From positions 96,001 to 160,000 of IMG/VR virus record IMGVR_UViG_3300037483_000594: DNA of 64,000 bases, one strand, 5' to 3'. Both the position numbers and the translations under genes were made by a program. The notes below the pieces were generated by a model, which was given only the letters and a program-made list of their open reading frames with translations, was not told where the DNA came from and did no database searches. The stretch is from a virus. Positions 1 to 10,200 of this stretch are shown piece after piece. The first letter of the stretch is position 1. Every line of letters starts with the position of its first letter.

Positions 1-56
1 GCTGATGATCGACGGCTACCTGTCGTATCGCAATCGGCTTAAAACGGAGCAGACGG

Positions 57-1064
57 ATGTCCTCAAGCAAGCTGGACTACTTCGCGGAGATGATAGCTAG
101 CACCGCCGAGGCGGAGGCGGTCGAGAAGCTGGCGGCCCTGCCCCTGAGGGGGCTACGCCCGCTTATGCGAGAGCTGCGGGTGTCTGCCCCGAACACAGGG
201 CGGCTTGTAGGGCTAGGGGCCGGGGCTGCCGTGGGGGCCGGGGCTGGGGCGCTCGCCTCCCCAGAAGACAGGGCAGGGGGCGCGCTGAAAGGTGGGCTTA
301 TCGGTGGGGGCGCCGGGCTGGTCGGTGGTCAGTTTTTGACACGGGGAGGGGTAACCCAAGCCAAGAACTTCGGGTTGCGGCAGCTTCACGGGGCCACAGG
401 GTACCTTCCTGGGCAGGGGCTGGCGGGGGTGCACTCCATGACCCCAGCGCAACGCACGGCAGCCTTGGAGCAGATCGGTTGGAACGTGCCCAAGGGGCAC
501 GCCGTTGACCAAGCGGGGAAGCTGACCGCGGGCGCACTAGGCACCATGAAGTCGGACATCGCGGCCAAGCGCGGGGGCCTGGCCAAGTGGTTCTCCGGGA
601 CGGGGGTGGGCTCTCGGTGGGAAGGGAGCAAGGCGCGAGACCTTCTTCTCCGGAGCAGAGCCGCTTCGGAAAATGCGAACAGAGCTCTGGTGGAACAAGG
701 GCTCACGAATCTTCCGGGCGCGGCACGTGGGTACGCCCTGGGGGCCAAGGGCACGGGGCTCACCAGGTTGCAGCAGCTCAAAACGAACTTGATCGCCCCT
801 GGGATAGCCATGGGGGTGGGGCTCCCCGCTCTGTCGATCGCTGGCTCTGCTGCCGAGTCCTTGGAAAACAAAGACCCGCGCGGGTTCGCAAGCGACGTCG
901 TTGACACAGCGGGGTGGTCGGCGTTTGCTGGGTTGCCTATGCTGCCGGCACTGGCAGTAGGGCAGGGTATCGGGGCCGGGTCTAGGCTGCTTCTCGGGAA
1001 GCGTCCGAACCCCGCTGAGGTGCAACGGCTGGTGGGCAACGAGACCACGTGGGGTCCGCGATGA
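57..1064 (+). CDS. glycine-zipper virion/internal head protein (putative)
   Basis: N-terminal VEKLAA followed by GAGAAVGAGAGALASPEDRAGGALKGGLIGGGAG and further Gly/Ala hydrophobic helices; stop overlaps the portal start (ATGA). Confidence 0.5.
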   Translation: MSSSKLDYFAEMIASTAEAEAVEKLAALPLRGLRPLMRELRVSAPNTGRLVGLGAGAAVGAGAGALASPEDRAGGALKGGLIGGGAGLVGGQFLTRGGVTQAKNFGLRQLHGATGYLPGQGLAGVHSMTPAQRTAALEQIGWNVPKGHAVDQAGKLTAGALGTMKSDIAAKRGGLAKWFSGTGVGSRWEGSKARDLLLRSRAASENANRALVEQGLTNLPGAARGYALGAKGTGLTRLQQLKTNLIAPGIAMGVGLPALSIAGSAAESLENKDPRGFASDVVDTAGWSAFAGLPMLPALAVGQGIGAGSRLLLGKRPNPAEVQRLVGNETTWGPR

Positions 1065-2824
1065 GTCTGAACAACCCGCCGCAGGGCGGTTCCTACCGTG
1101 GAAGAGTCCGGGGAGGTTACACCGGGAGCCAGAGGTGGATCACCTACCCCGACCCGTTCTTTGACATAGCCGGGCTTTACCTTCCGGACAACATCAAAGA
1201 TCTGTTCCAGTGGTGTAGCTTTTACGCCACAGTTGACCCTATCGTCTCGTCCGCCGTGGGGTTCTTGGCCGAGTACCCTGTGACCAAGATTGGTGTCGAC
1301 GACGAAGACAAGTACGTGCGCGAGTTGTACGAAGACTACTTCAAGCAAGACCTGAACTTGCGTGCTCGCCTCATTGATGTTGGGCTGCACTACCAGACCT
1401 TTGGGAACGCGCTGGTGAGCTTGCTCTTCCCGTTTGTGAAGATGCTGACCTGCCCGAACTGCGGGGCCAGGGAGAAGGCGCGGGACGCTCAGTACAAGTT
1501 CCGGAACTTTCGGTTCCACCTGACCTGTCGTCGGTGTGGAGTCACTGGGGTCGCGGAAGCGCGCGACCAGTACTTGAAGACCACGAAGGGCGCTCGGTTG
1601 CTCGTGTGGGACATGACACGCATCGACAGCGTGCACAGTGAGATCACGGGGCGCTGCCGCTTCTACTACAACCCTCCTGTGGTGCTTGTCAACTCTTTGA
1701 AGTTGGGCACCGACCCGGACTTGGTTACCAGCACGCCGCAGGCGTTGATAGAGTCGGTGCAGAGGGGGGTGAAGCTCGCCCTCTCCGAAGAGAACGTCTA
1801 CCACATCCGACGCCCAACGGTCCTGAGCAGCCGGGCAAGGGGGCTGGGGGCACCCCCGCTCCTGCCTGTTCTGCGGAACCTGTTTCACATCACCCTGATG
1901 CGGAAGGCACAAGAGGCAGCACTCTCCGAAAAGTTGCTGCCTTTCCAAACCGTCTTTCCGCAGGCTGCCGCCGCTGGGGCCAGCCCGTTCGAGATGGTCA
2001 ACCTCGTGGACTGGGAGGACCGTGTCTACGACGAGATCATGAAGTGGCGGAGAGACCCGCTGCACATCGCTATCATGCCGATTCCCATGGGCTACCAGGC
2101 CCTGGGCGGAGAGGGCCGGGCGCTCCTGGTTACCAACGAGATTCGGAGCGAGTACGAGCTGGTGTTGGCCGGGATGGGTGTCTCTCCGGACATACCCTTT
2201 GGCGGTGCTTCGTACGCGGGGAGCAACGTCACTCTGCGGATGATGGAGAACAAGTTCCTGGCGTACCGCGCAGGGCTCGCGGAGATGATCGAGAGCTTCA
2301 TCATCCGGAGAACTGCGGCGTACATGGACTGGCCTCTGGTTCGTGCGCACGTACAGAACTTCAAGATGGCGGACGACCTCCAACGCAAGGCTTTCCTGTT
2401 GGAGCTGAACACCATGAAGAAGGTGTCCACCACAACCTTGCAGCGTGAAGCTGACCTGAACCCGGAAGAAGAGAACCGGCTTATCAAGGTTGAGGTCGCG
2501 CGTGATCTTGAGATCCTCCGGAAACAGCAGATGGGCGAAGCCGAGGTCATGGGAGAGGTGGGCCTGCTCCAGGCGAAGTACCAGGCCAAGGCCCAACAGC
2601 AGATGGCCCTGGAACAGCAACAGATGATGCAGGGGCAGTACGGCGTGGCCCCCGGGGAGTCCGGGGACGTGGGCGCACAGGCCCCTCTCGACCCAGCGAT
2701 GCTGCAGTCCATCCCCCAACTTCCGCAGGCTCCGCCCGAACAGTACCCCCAGGGCGGAGAAGGGGGTCTCCCCCTCCCGGAGGTGTACCCTCCGCGCCGT
2801 GGACCCGAGAGTGCCCTTATCTAG
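1061..2824 (+). CDS. phage portal protein with Zn-ribbon insertion
   Basis: 587 aa; portal-like segments (DPIVSSAV..LAEYP, HIRRP..GLGAPPLLPVLRNL, ELVLAGMGV); CPNC..CRRC insert; Q/P-rich tail. Confidence 0.7.
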   Translation: MSLNNPPQGGSYRGRVRGGYTGSQRWITYPDPFFDIAGLYLPDNIKDLFQWCSFYATVDPIVSSAVGFLAEYPVTKIGVDDEDKYVRELYEDYFKQDLNLRARLIDVGLHYQTFGNALVSLLFPFVKMLTCPNCGAREKARDAQYKFRNFRFHLTCRRCGVTGVAEARDQYLKTTKGARLLVWDMTRIDSVHSEITGRCRFYYNPPVVLVNSLKLGTDPDLVTSTPQALIESVQRGVKLALSEENVYHIRRPTVLSSRARGLGAPPLLPVLRNLFHITLMRKAQEAALSEKLLPFQTVFPQAAAAGASPFEMVNLVDWEDRVYDEIMKWRRDPLHIAIMPIPMGYQALGGEGRALLVTNEIRSEYELVLAGMGVSPDIPFGGASYAGSNVTLRMMENKFLAYRAGLAEMIESFIIRRTAAYMDWPLVRAHVQNFKMADDLQRKAFLLELNTMKKVSTTTLQREADLNPEEENRLIKVEVARDLEILRKQQMGEAEVMGEVGLLQAKYQAKAQQQMALEQQQMMQGQYGVAPGESGDVGAQAPLDPAMLQSIPQLPQAPPEQYPQGGEGGLPLPEVYPPRRGPESALI

Positions 2825-2849
2825 GTAAAAGAGAGCATTGCGCTCTCTG
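2825..2849 (-). terminator. intrinsic terminator of the minus-strand island
   Basis: AGAGAGC-GCAAT-GCTCTCT hairpin followed by a T run on the minus strand. Confidence 0.6.
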
Positions 2850-2868
2850 AGTATGTAGTGAGAGTACG

Positions 2869-3183
2869 CTACGCGGGATTGAAGTCCCACCCACCATGGG
2901 TGAGGATGGTCTCGATCCCCTCTCTGAGGGGCACGAAACTCTCCTCCTCACCGTATGCGCAGTAGCCGAACCCTGGGCTCCAGCTCTTCTTGACGAGGAA
3001 GCCCCTCTTTTCCCCGAGGTAAGCTGGCGTTACGGTCACGTCGTCGTGACCGTAATCTGAGTGATTCTCCTCGAAGGAGAATACGGAGAACTCCCCCACC
3101 AGGAGGGGAGTTTCGCAATCCTCGGGCTCCGACTGCGCTGTCGGACCCCTTCGCATCATAGATGTTTTTTCAACGAACTTCAT
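2869..3183 (-). CDS. hypothetical protein
   Basis: ORF overlapping the upstream island gene; start uncertain. Confidence 0.45.
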   Translation of the reverse strand: MKFVEKTSMMRRGPTAQSEPEDCETPLLVGEFSVFSFEENHSDYGHDDVTVTPAYLGEKRGFLVKKSWSPGFGYCAYGEEESFVPLREGIETILTHGGWDFNPA

Positions 3184-3593
3184 CTTTCTACCTCTCTGCA
3201 GACGTAACAGGCCGACCAGTTTCGGCCTTCACCAATGCAGTCCCCGGCGTTGTAGTAGACGATGCCGGGCCGAACGAACTGGACGAGACCGGCTCGTCCG
3301 GAAACACAGCCATTGTCCATGCTTGGAGGAGGGGACGCCACCGGGCACTCTCCGGAGGGGGAGGCCCATACACAAGCCCCGGAGTACCCCCCGGAGCCGA
3401 AGTACGAAGACCCCTCCTCGACGTGCACCACGTCGCCGACGGCGACTTCGACGCGCGGGTGGCGCTCGTCCTTCTCCGCGTCCCACCGACGAGTCGTCCC
3501 GTGCAGGTTCCCCGGGGGAACAATATTCCCCTGGTGGAGCGACTCCTCGATCGCCTTCTTCCATTCGTCAAATGAGAATTTCGATTTCTTCAT
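3180..3593 (-). CDS. hypothetical protein
   Basis: ATG after a purine-rich RBS (GAGGAAAGGA); MKKSKFSFDEW... Confidence 0.45.
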   Translation of the reverse strand: MKKSKFSFDEWKKAIEESLHQGNIVPPGNLHGTTRRWDAEKDERHPRVEVAVGDVVHVEEGSSYFGSGGYSGACVWASPSGECPVASPPPSMDNGCVSGRAGLVQFVRPGIVYYNAGDCIGEGRNWSACYVCREVER

Positions 3594-3704
3594 TCTCTTA
3601 TCCTTTCCTCGTCGATGATGAGGCACAAAGCCAACCAGGGGACTCCTCGCTCATCGCGGCACGTGTGCCACGCGAGCGTCTCCCCGTCCTCTGTTGAGGA
3701 CGGG

Positions 3705-3926
3705 TCATACCACCCCCGCTCGCTGAGGCGAACGGGGGGAGAAGTCGACAGTCCCGTAGCGGGACGATCGACCATCCGCCTGCACGCCGAACGGCGTGTT
3801 GGCAACTAGCACCACCCCGTCCTCGACGGGGTGACGCCGAAACACTGAAACCCCGTCTGGGCCGCAGAGCAGCCCGGACAAGATCTCGCAGCCTTCGGGG
3901 GCTGCGACCAGCTTTGCTTTTAGCAT
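3705..3926 (-). CDS. hypothetical protein
   Basis: AGGGAGG RBS then ATG (MLKAKLVAAPEG...), directly after the tRNA-like element. Confidence 0.5.
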   Translation of the reverse strand: MLKAKLVAAPEGCEILSGLLCGPDGVSVFRRHPVEDGVVLVANTPFGVQADGRSSRYGTVDFSPRSPQRAGVV

Positions 3927-3937
3927 TGGGCCTCCCT

Positions 3938-3994
3938 TGGCCCCTGTGCCAGGGCTCAACCTGGCGCACCCGCCCTACTGAGGGCGGCACAGGG
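3938..3994 (-). ncRNA. mini tRNA-like element (57 nt)
   Basis: CCCTGTG/CACAGGG 7-bp stem + G + CCA; hairpin CCGCCCT-CAGT-AGGGCGG; T-like arm CCAGG-TTGAGC-CCTGG. Confidence 0.5.
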
Positions 3995-4000
3995 GGCACT

Positions 4001-4090
4001 TCACAACTGAAGGCTGCGTAGTCCTAACCAGGCTGCCCACGCGAGGGCGCCTGCCAGGACTGCGCAGCCAAACATTCGGAGCAGAATCAC
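4001..4090 (-). CDS. 29-aa hydrophobic peptide
   Basis: MILLRMFGCAVLAGALAWAAWLGLRSLQL; GTGA overlap with the upstream ORF. Confidence 0.35.
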   Translation of the reverse strand: MILLRMFGCAVLAGALAWAAWLGLRSLQL

Positions 4091-4185
4091 TGCTCCGGCT
4101 CCGGCTCCGGTGGGGGGTCTACCTCCACCGGAGTTTGCAACTCCTCCAGGATTGCGTCCTGGAGAAGCTGCTGGTCGATGGTCAC
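4087..4185 (-). CDS. 32-aa acidic peptide
   Basis: AAGGAGG RBS, GTG start; MTIDQQLLQDAILEELQTPVEVDPPPEPEPEQ. Confidence 0.4.
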   Translation of the reverse strand: MTIDQQLLQDAILEELQTPVEVDPPPEPEPEQ

Positions 4186-4218
4186 ATGCAACCTCCTTGT
4201 ATGTGCTCCTCTATCAGA

Positions 4219-4228
4219 TTCTTATAAC
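4219..4228 (-). promoter_or_regulatory. candidate island promoter GTTATAAGAA
   Basis: Identical 10-mer at 21718 and 22166, each heading a minus-strand transcript unit. Confidence 0.55.
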
Positions 4229-4280
4229 CGCACATTGAGCCAGCCTTTCAGGGCTGATAGAGTTGGCGTAAGGAGCACGA

Positions 4281-7200
4281 ATGGCACGTCTCGACCCAGG
4301 GGAAACTTTTGAAGCGCTGAAGGGGGAGGTCACCAAGGCGATAAAGTCGCAGTTTCCGCAAGTGGGGTCGCAGCACGTTCTTGAGCTGCGCGATGTCGTG
4401 GTGGACGACAACGTCTCGTCGGACGAGGTTTCCACACAGGCCGCAGCGAAGCTAGACGGCAAAACGTTTGGTGTGCCCATAAAAGCGTCTTTGGTCCTCA
4501 GGGACAAGGCGTCCGGAAAGGTGCTCGACGAGCGTGTGCAACGGGTAGGCACCCTTCCGAAGATCACCAGCCGCTACTCTTGGATAGTCCGGGGCACAGA
4601 GTACCAGGTAGACAACCAGTTCAGGCTGCGCCCGGGCGTGTACACGACGGTCCACAAAGACGGAGGGCTCGAGAGCTTCTTGAACTTCGAGGGTATCCCC
4701 CTTCACATAAAGTTTGACCCCAAGTCCAAGAAGTTTGCGGTGAAACACAAGACCGCTTCTCCGCCTCTGTACCCTGTGATGCGTGCACTGGGGTTTTCGG
4801 ATGAACAGTTGCGGGATGCCTGGGGCAAGGAGATCTTGGCGGCGAACCAAGTGGACACCTCCGGGCGCCCTCTGCAGGTGGACAAACGGGCCATGGACTT
4901 CGCCCGAAAGCTCGTCCCTGCCGCAGAGGTGAACACGCTGGCCGAGGCTTCACGAGCCATTAAGACGTACCTCGGTGCCAAGACGTTGCACCCGGACGTG
5001 ACCGAGAAGACGTTGGGAGCTCGGTACGACACCATCACCCCCGACGTCTTTCGAGCCTCAACGGAGCGGCTGCTTGGGATAGCGCGCGGAGAGCAAAAAC
5101 CGGACACCCGTGACGCCCTGCACTTCAAGGAGCTGAACGGTGTCGAGGACCTGTTGTCAGAGCGGCTCGCGAAGAACGCCAAGATGAACGCGCGCCGGAT
5201 AGCCAACAACCTCGACAAGAAGACGGAGATTCGCCAGATCGTTGGGACGGGGCACTTTAACAGCCAGCTACACGGCTTTTTTGCCGACTCAACATTGGCG
5301 TCGCTGGCCCAGCAGACGAACCCCCTCCGCATGATCGATGGGCACACCCGCACCACCATCATGGGAGAGGGTGGGATCAAAAGCGCGAACGCCGTCACCG
5401 ATGAGGCAAAGCTTGTGGACCCCAGTCACTTTGGGGTGCTCGACCCCCTCGTGACTCCCGAGAGCGGGAAGGCCGGGGTCTCGTTGCAGCTCGCCATCGG
5501 CGCCAAGAAGGACGGAAAGACACTCGCCGTTCCCCTCATCAACGTGAAGACCGGGAAGGTCGAGTTCGTCAACACGGCCAAGGTAAACGACGTTGTGGTG
5601 GCCATGCCCGACGCCGTTACCTTCTCGCAAGGAAAGTTGGTGGCCAAGGACGGCGGGTCCACTGTCCGGGCGAGTGTCAAGGACAACGAGTTCCGGGAGG
5701 TCCCTCTCCGGGAAGTGCAGTACGTGGCCCCCAAGGCTACCCAGATGTTCTCCTTGTCGTCGAACTTGGTGCCGTTCCTGGCGTCGAACTCTCCGAACCG
5801 GGCTTCCATGAGCGGGAGGCACCAGGAGCAGGCGATCAGCTTGAAGTACCGGGAGCCCCCCCTGGTGCGCTCGGCCCTTGGGGACAAGAGCTTTGGGGAG
5901 ATCCTGGGGCAGTTCGCCGCGCAGCACTCTCCTGTCTCCGGAGAGGTGGTGGCTGTGGAGCCTGGGCTGATGAAGATCAAAGGCCCTGACGGAGTGAAAG
6001 AGGTACAGCTCTACAACCACTACCCGCTCAACGACAAGAAAGGCCAGTTGCACTCCACCCCCTCCGTGAAGGTAGGGGACAAGGTCAAGGCCGGGCAGCT
6101 CATCGCTGACACGAACTTCAGCGCTGACGGAATCTACGCCCCCGGGAAAAACCTGCAGGTTGCCTACCTACCATGGGGCGGCCAAAGTGTTAGCGGGGAT
6201 ACGTACGTTTATTGGGTTGACTCGCAGGGCGGGCACTTTGGACCAATCGGTAATATGCCGGCGCAGGGGGAAGTGTACGCCAACGTTCTGGATTCAGAAT
6301 CTGTAGAGGGCCGGTTGCATCGTGTTCACAGTTTTATAGGTCATTACACCGCCGAGCCTATGTTTGAAATCAAGATGTTAGAGCCGTTTCGAGTTAAAGC
6401 AACCGCATGTCACAGTTTTATTACAATTGATGAGACAGGGGGCTTTGTAAACATTACACCGGCCAAGATGATACCGCGAAAAACACTCTTGCCTGTTGTA
6501 CAGCCGACGTTGCGCTTCAGTAGTCAAATAGGGCAGATGTTTTGTAAATCAAAAACTGCTGGTGGTATTTCTGTGTCATTTCCTATGGATAAAGACGCGG
6601 GGTACGTTTTTGGTGTTTACACAGCAGAGGGGTGCTCCCTGGGAGGAACTAGGGGGTGTAAAGGACTTAGTATCTCGGTTACTGAGGGGGACCTATTAGA
6701 GCGATTAGAAAGTATTTTAGACAAGTGGGGTGTTAGCCATTCACGACGTTTGCGTGGGGTAAACATACACAATTCCGCAGTCGGCCGCATTGTTACAGAC
6801 GCCTGCGGCTGTCTTGCGCAATTTAAAAAGATACCCGACTTGCTGTGGTCTCAACATCCAGATTTTATTGATGGATTTTTGGACGGGTACTGGAGTGGCG
6901 ACGGTACTTGTTCTGATAAGCAGTTTACTGCGTCGACTGTATCTCGAGAACTGGCGGAGGGGTTGATATTTTTACTTGCGGCACGAGGAGTTAAGGCGCG
7001 GTACAGAACGTACAAGATCCCAGGACATCAAGACCAAAACCTGATAAATGTTTACAGAGAAACACTTGATAAATTTCCAGCACTGAGTTCTGGTCGAAAA
7101 GAACTTCTTCGACAGGAGTTAATAGCCAAGGGTACTGAGCACGGGCGGGATCGAATTCCTATCCCCGAGGCGTATCGCGACGAAGTAAAAAAAGCGCTGC

Positions 7201-10200
7201 GGAGCGTAGGAAGAGCGCTGGGGGGCAGCCCTTACGCTGCACGTCGTGTTTTGAAGCAAGTGCGAGAGCTACTGCCAGAAACGGTACGTCGGTTTGTTGA
7301 TGCTCCGATTTGGTGGGAAGTAGTTGACACGGTCAAGGAAGTGGAGCCGGAGGAGTACGTTTACGATTTGGATATGCGGCCGTTCGGCAATTTTATTGTG
7401 GGGCCCGGTCTTGTTGTACACAACACGTACGAAGACGGGGTGGTGATAAGCGAAGACGCAGCCCAAAAGTTGACGTCCACCCACCTGTACAAGAGCAAGC
7501 TCTCGACGCGTGACGCGCGCGTCGAGCCTGCCAAGCGGTACAAGAGCATCTTTGGGGCTACGATCCCGGCGGAGCGCATGGCAGGCTTGGGGGAAGACGG
7601 GGTAGTGCGGGAAGGGACGATGGTCAAGCCCGGAGATGTTCTCGTGGCGGGCTCTGCAGACCGCGTGTTCACTACCGAAGAGCAGAAGCTGCGTGCGATC
7701 CAGAAGTCCCTCGTGCCCACGAAGCGAAACGCTGCGGTGACGTGGGACGCCGAACACCCAGGGAAGGTCGTGGCCGTGCACCGCGGAAAGAGCGGGGTGG
7801 AGGTGCATGTCGAAACCGAGGAGCCTGCGCAGGTGGGTGACAAGATCAGCTCACACCACGCCGCCAAGGGCATCATCTCCGCGGTCTTGCCGTCTGCGGA
7901 GATGCCCCAGCGCCCGGACGGGAGCCCGATCGACATCGTCATGAACCCGGTTGGCACCGCCGGGCGTCTTAACGTTGGGCAGATCCTGGAAACCGCCGCG
8001 GCCAAGGTCGCGGAGAAGACCGGCAAGCCGTTCATCATCAAAAACTTCGAGACCGAGGATAACCACGGTCTCGTCGCAAAAGCACTGAAGGAGCACGGGC
8101 TCTCCGACACCGAGAACCTGATTGACCCCACCACGGGGAACACCATTCCGGGCATCCTTACGGGGCCGCAGTACATCATCAAGCTGGAGCACCAGGTCGA
8201 CAAGAAGATGAGCTCGAGGGACCGCGGTGCCTACGACCGAAACCTTATTCCGAAGGGCGGCGGGCACGACGGAGGGCAGGCCTTCGGAGCTCTGGGGACC
8301 TACGCACTCCTGAGCCACGGGGCGCGCGGAAAGATCCAGGAGGCGCAGACGCTGCTCTCGGACAAGGGGCAGGGTGGGCTGAACGACGAGTTGTGGGGTG
8401 CTATCCAGTCGGGGGAGCTTATCCCGCCTCCGAAAGCCACGTTTGCCACCAAGAAGTTCGAGGGCTACCTTCGCGGGCTCGGGGTCAACGTCGAGCAGGA
8501 CGGTAACCGGCTCTCGTTGATGCCTGTCACTGACGCGCAGACCCTGGCGCTCTCGAGCGGTGAGCTGCAAGACGCCGGGCGTACCGTGATCGTCAAGAAC
8601 AACCAGCTTGTTCCGGAGAAGGGCGGGCTCTTCGACAAGCGGGCCACTGGCGGGCTGGACGGTCAGAAGTGGGGGCATATCACCCTGGCGAAGCCCATGC
8701 CCAACCCGCTGTTCGAGTCCGGGATAAGGAGCCTCACGGGACTCAAGACCACCGAGTACCAGCAGCTCATCTCCGGAGAGCTTGGGGTAAGCCAGAGCGG
8801 GGCACTGGTCCCCGCGGACACGCGCGGGGCCGAGACAGGGCCCTCGGCTGTGGTGAAGCTCCTCGACAAAGTGGACGTGAAACGCGCACTGCAAGAGGAA
8901 GAAGGCCGCATCGGCGGTCTTCGTGGCCAAAAGCAGAATGAGGTTCGGAAGAAGATAAAGTACCTCAGGGCGCTGGACCGTCTGAAGCTTTCTCCAGCGG
9001 ATGCCTATACCACAAGGCACGTGCCTATTCTGCCGCCATCAATGCGCCCTGTGGCGCTTACCGAAGACGGGAAGCTGCAAAACGACGACCTGAACTACCT
9101 TTACCGCGATCTCGCGGTGCTCAATGACCAGGTGAAGAAGATCCCCGCGGACATGCCCAAGTCTTTGGTGCAAGACAAAGAGGCCTACCTGTACGACAGT
9201 CTCCGCGCCCTCACCGGGCTTGGGGGTACGGTCAACGACAAGTACCCCGGGCTCCTTCACCGGATAGCTGGAAAGACCTCTCCCAAACAGGGGTTCTTCC
9301 AGAACGTGCTGATGAAGCGTAAGCAGGACCTCTCGGGGCGCTCGACTATCATCCCGGACCCCACCTTGTCCTTGGACGAGGTAGGGCTTCCCATCGACAT
9401 GGCGCGCGTCATCTACAAGCCCTTTGTGGTTCGGGAGATGAAAAACTCGCTTGGGCTCAGCCCCCTGGCCGCAAAGAAGCTGATCGACGAGGACGACCCG
9501 CTTGCCCGGAAGGCGCTCGAGCGCGTTGTTTCCGAACGCCCTATCATGCTCAAGCGGGACCCCGCCCTGCACAAACACAGCGTGCAGGGGTTCAAGCCCA
9601 AACTGATTAAAGGGAGCGCCATCAAAATCCCACCGCTGGTCACCAGTGGCTTCAACGCCGATTTTGACGGTGACCAGTGCATCGGTGCTGTTGTTTTGTT
9701 CCTTGAAAGAGATGTATTCAATTATGATATATGCTATTGGACACCAAGGAGGATTACTTTGACAGCGCGGATGCGAGAGCAGATTGGTTATTGTGATGCG
9801 GACGGAGAGTTTGTTGTCTGTGACCTATCGGAAGTGCCCCACGCGGAGGAGTGTGTAACGAAGGGGCACATTGACTATCATCCTGTGTCGGGGGTTAGCG
9901 TGCTCACTCTTGACCCGACGAAGGGGGCATGTTTCGCGGAGGTGACGGGGTGGTCTTATCATCGGCAACGCTCGGTGGAGATAGTCACTCTTGCTAGCGG
10001 GCGGCAGATCGTTACAGACGATGACCCAAGGGCTGTGTTTGGCGTGGATGCTTCGTCGTTGGAGTGGTGTCGGCGTCGTCCGCGTGAGAGTGCAGACCAG
10101 TTTGTGCCTGTTTTGGACGAAGTTCCTGCGTCCTTTACCGAGTTGACAGCGCTCGCGCTACCAAGAGACAAGTCCGGGCGGATGAAGCCAGAGGTGCTTC

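Noticed and set aside
386-2890. 834-aa minus-strand ORF
   Set aside because: Antisense shadow of the portal and upstream gene caused by GC3 bias; no motifs
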